64,000 nt of DNA. It comes from Histomonas meleagridis 2922-C6/04-290x. Its lineage: Eukaryota; Protista; Parabasalia. Below are positions 60,001 to 64,000 of this stretch, piece by piece. The notes under the pieces were generated by a model. That model searched no databases and was not told the origin of the DNA. It saw only the letters and a list, made by a program, of their open reading frames with translations. The DNA is taken from contig JAANOX010000007.1 in the NCBI GenBank assembly GCA_020184695.1, forward strand, positions 90,247 through 154,246, written 5' to 3'. Each line of letters starts with the position of its first letter. Positions within the stretch are counted from its first letter, which is position 1. A program made the translations under genes and the position numbers.

Positions 60001-63000
60001 TCTAACATATCAGAACTATTCTTAGAACGTTGAATCATATCACGTTGTTCTAAACTTGGTAACCAATATTTCTTATAAGAATCAAATAATTTAACTAATG
60101 GTACTATATTATTTGAGATTATAGTAATAGTATGTAATGTACCACCTTCTTCTGTAACACGTAAGAAAATTCGATCTTTAATAGTTGTATAACTTGCAAT
60201 ATTTCGATAATCAATTTTTGCGAGATCTGTTTGATTACTTGGATCATATAAATGAATACCGAATGGTCCAATAGAGATATTAATCTTCCTCTTCTTTTTA
60301 GATTTCTTAGCAGATTTAATATCTAAATCTGATTTTTCATCTATAGAACCAGTAAATATTTCACAACCCCAATGATTTAATGCACGTGCAGTTAATATAT
60401 ATTTAATAGCTGCTTGACTTTGAGTGAATTGACTTGAATTAACTGATATAAGTTCTTTAATTTTATTAAAGATTTTATTTTTAAGTTTATAAGTTTGAGG
60501 TAAGAATTTTTGTATATCATTCATTTGTAATTTATTAGCATCTTCTGGTGAATTAGATATAGCTAATGCATGATAAACAGCTAATTCAATAGCAGTATTA
60601 TCATTAATTTCTGGTATACCACTTAATATATTTCGGACTACATCAGGGAATATTTGTAATGATGTATAAGGTGAAGTAATATCTTCTTTTGTAAATAAGA
60701 AAACTCTTCTTCTAAATGTCATCTTATCGAAATCTAATACTTGTTCAGGAACAGTCCTAGCTAAATCTAATGCAAATTCACCTTCTTCATCTCTAGCATA
60801 TAAAGTATAACCTAATGGGAAGTCTACATACATCTTAAAAGCAATTTCATCAATTAATTGTTCAACTGTCTTTTCAATATTAATTAACATTTGTCGATCA
60901 AATGTATCTGTATGAATTTGAACTGGCATATAAGTATAATAGATATGAATTGTAACTCCATCAAATGCATTTAATGAACCTAAGATTGTATCATCTTTAA
61001 TCCAATGGAATTCATCATCTGATATTCTAAGTAATGCTGAATATTGACCGGTAGGATCTATACCTAAATATTCTGCTGCTTTTCGTATAACTTCACTACC
61101 TTTATCTCTCATATCATAAGCATAAGGTTGTGCATTCTCAAAGTCTTGACAAAATACTGTAATTAATTCGACACGATCTGAACTTGCAATTTCATTTTCA
61201 TCTTGAATCTTATTCATTAATATTTGCTTATGAATATTTAAGAAACTTAAGATTAATGATGCAATTTCTTCGGCTGATTCTGATTCGATATTACAAAATG
61301 AAGCCTTAAAATCTTCATCACAATATTTCATTGATAATTCATTACCAAATGTTTCTAATTTAACAAACTTCTTATATGGTATCATTACTAATTCATTCTT
61401 CTTATTTTCATCTGTAACAAATACTCGATAAGGTCCTACAAATAAAATAACATTTGTACGAACTTTATTACCATTCTTTTCTTCTACAAGAATTACTGGG
61501 AATTCTTCACAACCAAATTGTGGTAATGAACGTGCTTTTTGTATATATTTAACCATAGCTTTATATTTATCATCAATTGGATCTGATTGTAAGAATTCAA
61601 TGATTTTATTTTTGCCTTGTTTATAATTAATTTTCATACCTTTAGGATAATACATTGGGAAACTAGTTTCAGATGGTACTGTTGTAGGTGTTAATACTGT
61701 AGGACCATCAGCTACTAAAGCATAATACATTAATTCTAATGCATTATCTTGACTTAATGCTAATCTACCTGATAATATTAATTCACGAACATCACAAAAT
61801 GCTTGATATAATGATACTGGATCTTCAAGTTCGGATTTTGTAATAATGAAAAATCTTCTTCTAAATTCTAATTCAGAATAACGTGTAGCTTGTTCAGGTA
61901 TTGAGATATTTGTATCTAAAGGTTTAGGTGGTTGTCCATCTTTAGAAGGTAAATATAAGGTAAAACCTAAATAATGTGCTAAACCATTACCTTTAGCTAC
62001 GATTGGAATAAGTTCTTCAACTTTTTTAACAATTGGTAATATCATTACTTTAGTTTTACCCATTGAGAAATAAATTTTAATTCTTGGAAATGCTTCAATA
62101 ATAAATAAAATTGTTCCACGGAATGGATTAGCTGATGATAAAGTTTGATCATTTAATACCCATTTATAAGATTCTTTTAAGATCCATAATAATATTGCAT
62201 ATTCAATCTTAGGCTCAAGTTTCATAATAGGTATAAGTGTTTCTGAGACTTCTTTACCTGTACGAATAGTTTCTAACCAAACTTTTGGTAATTTTTCACG
62301 TTTCTCTAAATCATCTGATACAAAGAAATCAAGCATAGCTTGACGAACTACACCATTTTCATCGACAAATCCACCACGTAATCTTTTAGCTATATCTTCT
62401 TGTTCTTTTTGTTGTTTCCTTTGTTTATTAAGCATTAAATCTCTAATGATTTTAATATTATAATTTAATAACATTAATGCAGTATTAATTTCTCGTAATT
62501 TAATTTCTAATGATATAATTTTCGATGTATTTGAATCTACAAATTTTAAGACTAATTTATGACCCATAGATTGAAATGAAACTATAAATCGATAAGTTAA
62601 TGAATAAACTGGTTCTTTAAGATTTGCTGCTAAAAATATAAAGATTCTCATTGGGCCTATAGCTATAACACATGATTGAGGTCTAGAAACTGCACCACGT
62701 GTAACTTCTGTCATTAAACCTTGGAATCGTTCTTCACCAAATCCTTGTAATTTACGGACTTTACCTAAATAAAGTTTCGAAGCTCTATGTTTTTCTATTT
62801 CTTCTGATTGTTCTACAGCTTTTCTAAATTTAGCATCAAATTTCTTATCTACTTTAATATAAGGCGGAATTAATTCATCATATTTAATTGATTTAATTAA
62901 TTTAACTTCTTTAGGTGAATTTGCATTAGCATATAAATAATAAATAGCTAATTGTATTGCTAATTCTTCTGATATCCTAACAGTACCTTTAGGATCTAAT

Positions 63001-64000
63001 AAAGCACTCTTACAATCACAAACAGTAGTAAATGCTGCTTGATCTGATGAAAGAACTTCACCTGAAAGTACATATAATCTTCGTTTAAATACTAATTGAT
63101 CAAATTTAGTACATTGTTCTGGTATAGAGAATCGTGTATCTAAAGGTTGTTGTTCACCTGTTTTTTCATCAATAGTATAAAGTGTATAACCTGCAATTTC
63201 TGGTAATGATAACTTTTCAAATAACATTGGGATAATTTCTTCAATAGTTTTAGTAATATCCATTAATACTGTTTTAGTACTACCATCTGCAAATAATATT
63301 TTCATTGGTTTTTTGTTCTTAAGAATATATACAGTCATACCATCTTGAACATTAGCTAAACTTAAGATCATATCATTAGTAATCCATCGATAAGGATTTT
63401 CTTCATTAATTTAACTAATACTACATGATCATCATCATGTGGAATATTTAAATATTGTTCTGCATATTGTAATAATGTTTTCCCAGTAAATTTAGAATCA
63501 TAATCATATGACTTAGGTTCAACTGCATCTAATTCAGATGCTGTAAATAATGATATTTTACTTCGTGGATCAATAGCTGCTACACCTTCTCCAAATTCGG
63601 CTGCTCGAGCTTGAGCTCTTTGAATAAGAATTTGTTTTGATACATCTGAATATTCTTCAATTAATGTTTTAATTTTTGGTACTTCACTTGAATGTACATA
63701 TATTTACCAATTTTACCTAATGATCTCATAATAGAAAAATTGGATTTCTAATTGATGTGATAATAAATTCATACAAACTATTCTCGAAATTGATATCTTT
63801 TCTTCAATTGTTCCTGTCTTAGGATTAATTAATGTAATAGTTAATGGTGATATTAATACTGTTACTTCAACAACTGTCTTCTTTCCTTGAAATTTAAGTT
63901 CGATTTTAACTCTGTCGAATTTCTTGGTAGCAAATCCTTGCTATACGACGTACCTTTTGAATGAACTTTCTACACCCATTAAATTGGTCAAGTTTTCCAA
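48072..64000 (-). CDS. Giant talin-like protein with at least 5 tandem FERM modules, a long helical rod and an I/LWEQ-like C-terminus (starts upstream of the window; several homopolymer frameshifts)
   Basis: 4485-aa ORF with four GY(F)TLY...LD...(IP/VP)...RR(F/L/V) FERM units. A fifth partial unit is at 63400-64000. Pieces at 49455-49913 link to ORF 48072-49454, which ends KESLLKRLELESRVIRARIILEKSEKNLAELG. Confidence 0.75.

Noticed and set aside
1-64000. Autonomous mobile elements (Maverick/Polinton, mariner, retroelements)
   Set aside because: No transposase, integrase, polB or RT ORFs, and no terminal inverted repeats or TSDs recognised.

Overview
AT-rich eukaryotic genomic DNA, almost certainly from a parabasalid (trichomonad) protist. 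Support: an IBP39-type initiator-binding-domain gene, an expanded trichomonad-type ankyrin family and compact genes without obvious canonical introns. About 30 genes are present, including sirtuin, BCAT, LRR, SCAMP, pecanex, PDK1, Akt-like kinase, Arc1/AIMP1-like, U1A/U2B''-like, NEDD8-like, tRNA-Leu(TAA), Sel1 repeats, a GH129-like surface hydrolase and a giant multi-FERM talin-like gene. Several genes are broken by single-base indels, mostly in homopolymers and probably assembly errors. The main discovery concerns four paralogous ankyrin genes. In them, each C-terminal ankyrin repeat is an intact 29-30-codon module, separated from the next by an AT-rich spacer. There are 21 spacers: 18 of exactly 80 nt, plus 81, 63 and 60 nt. 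All sit at the same position (after ...INAK[D/N/S]), nearly all start AT, several have stops in both usable frames, and no consistent GT-AG or AT-AC join restores frame. They look like a fixed-length non-canonical intron class, or like spacers of a recombination cassette array. This is inference and needs RNA evidence.
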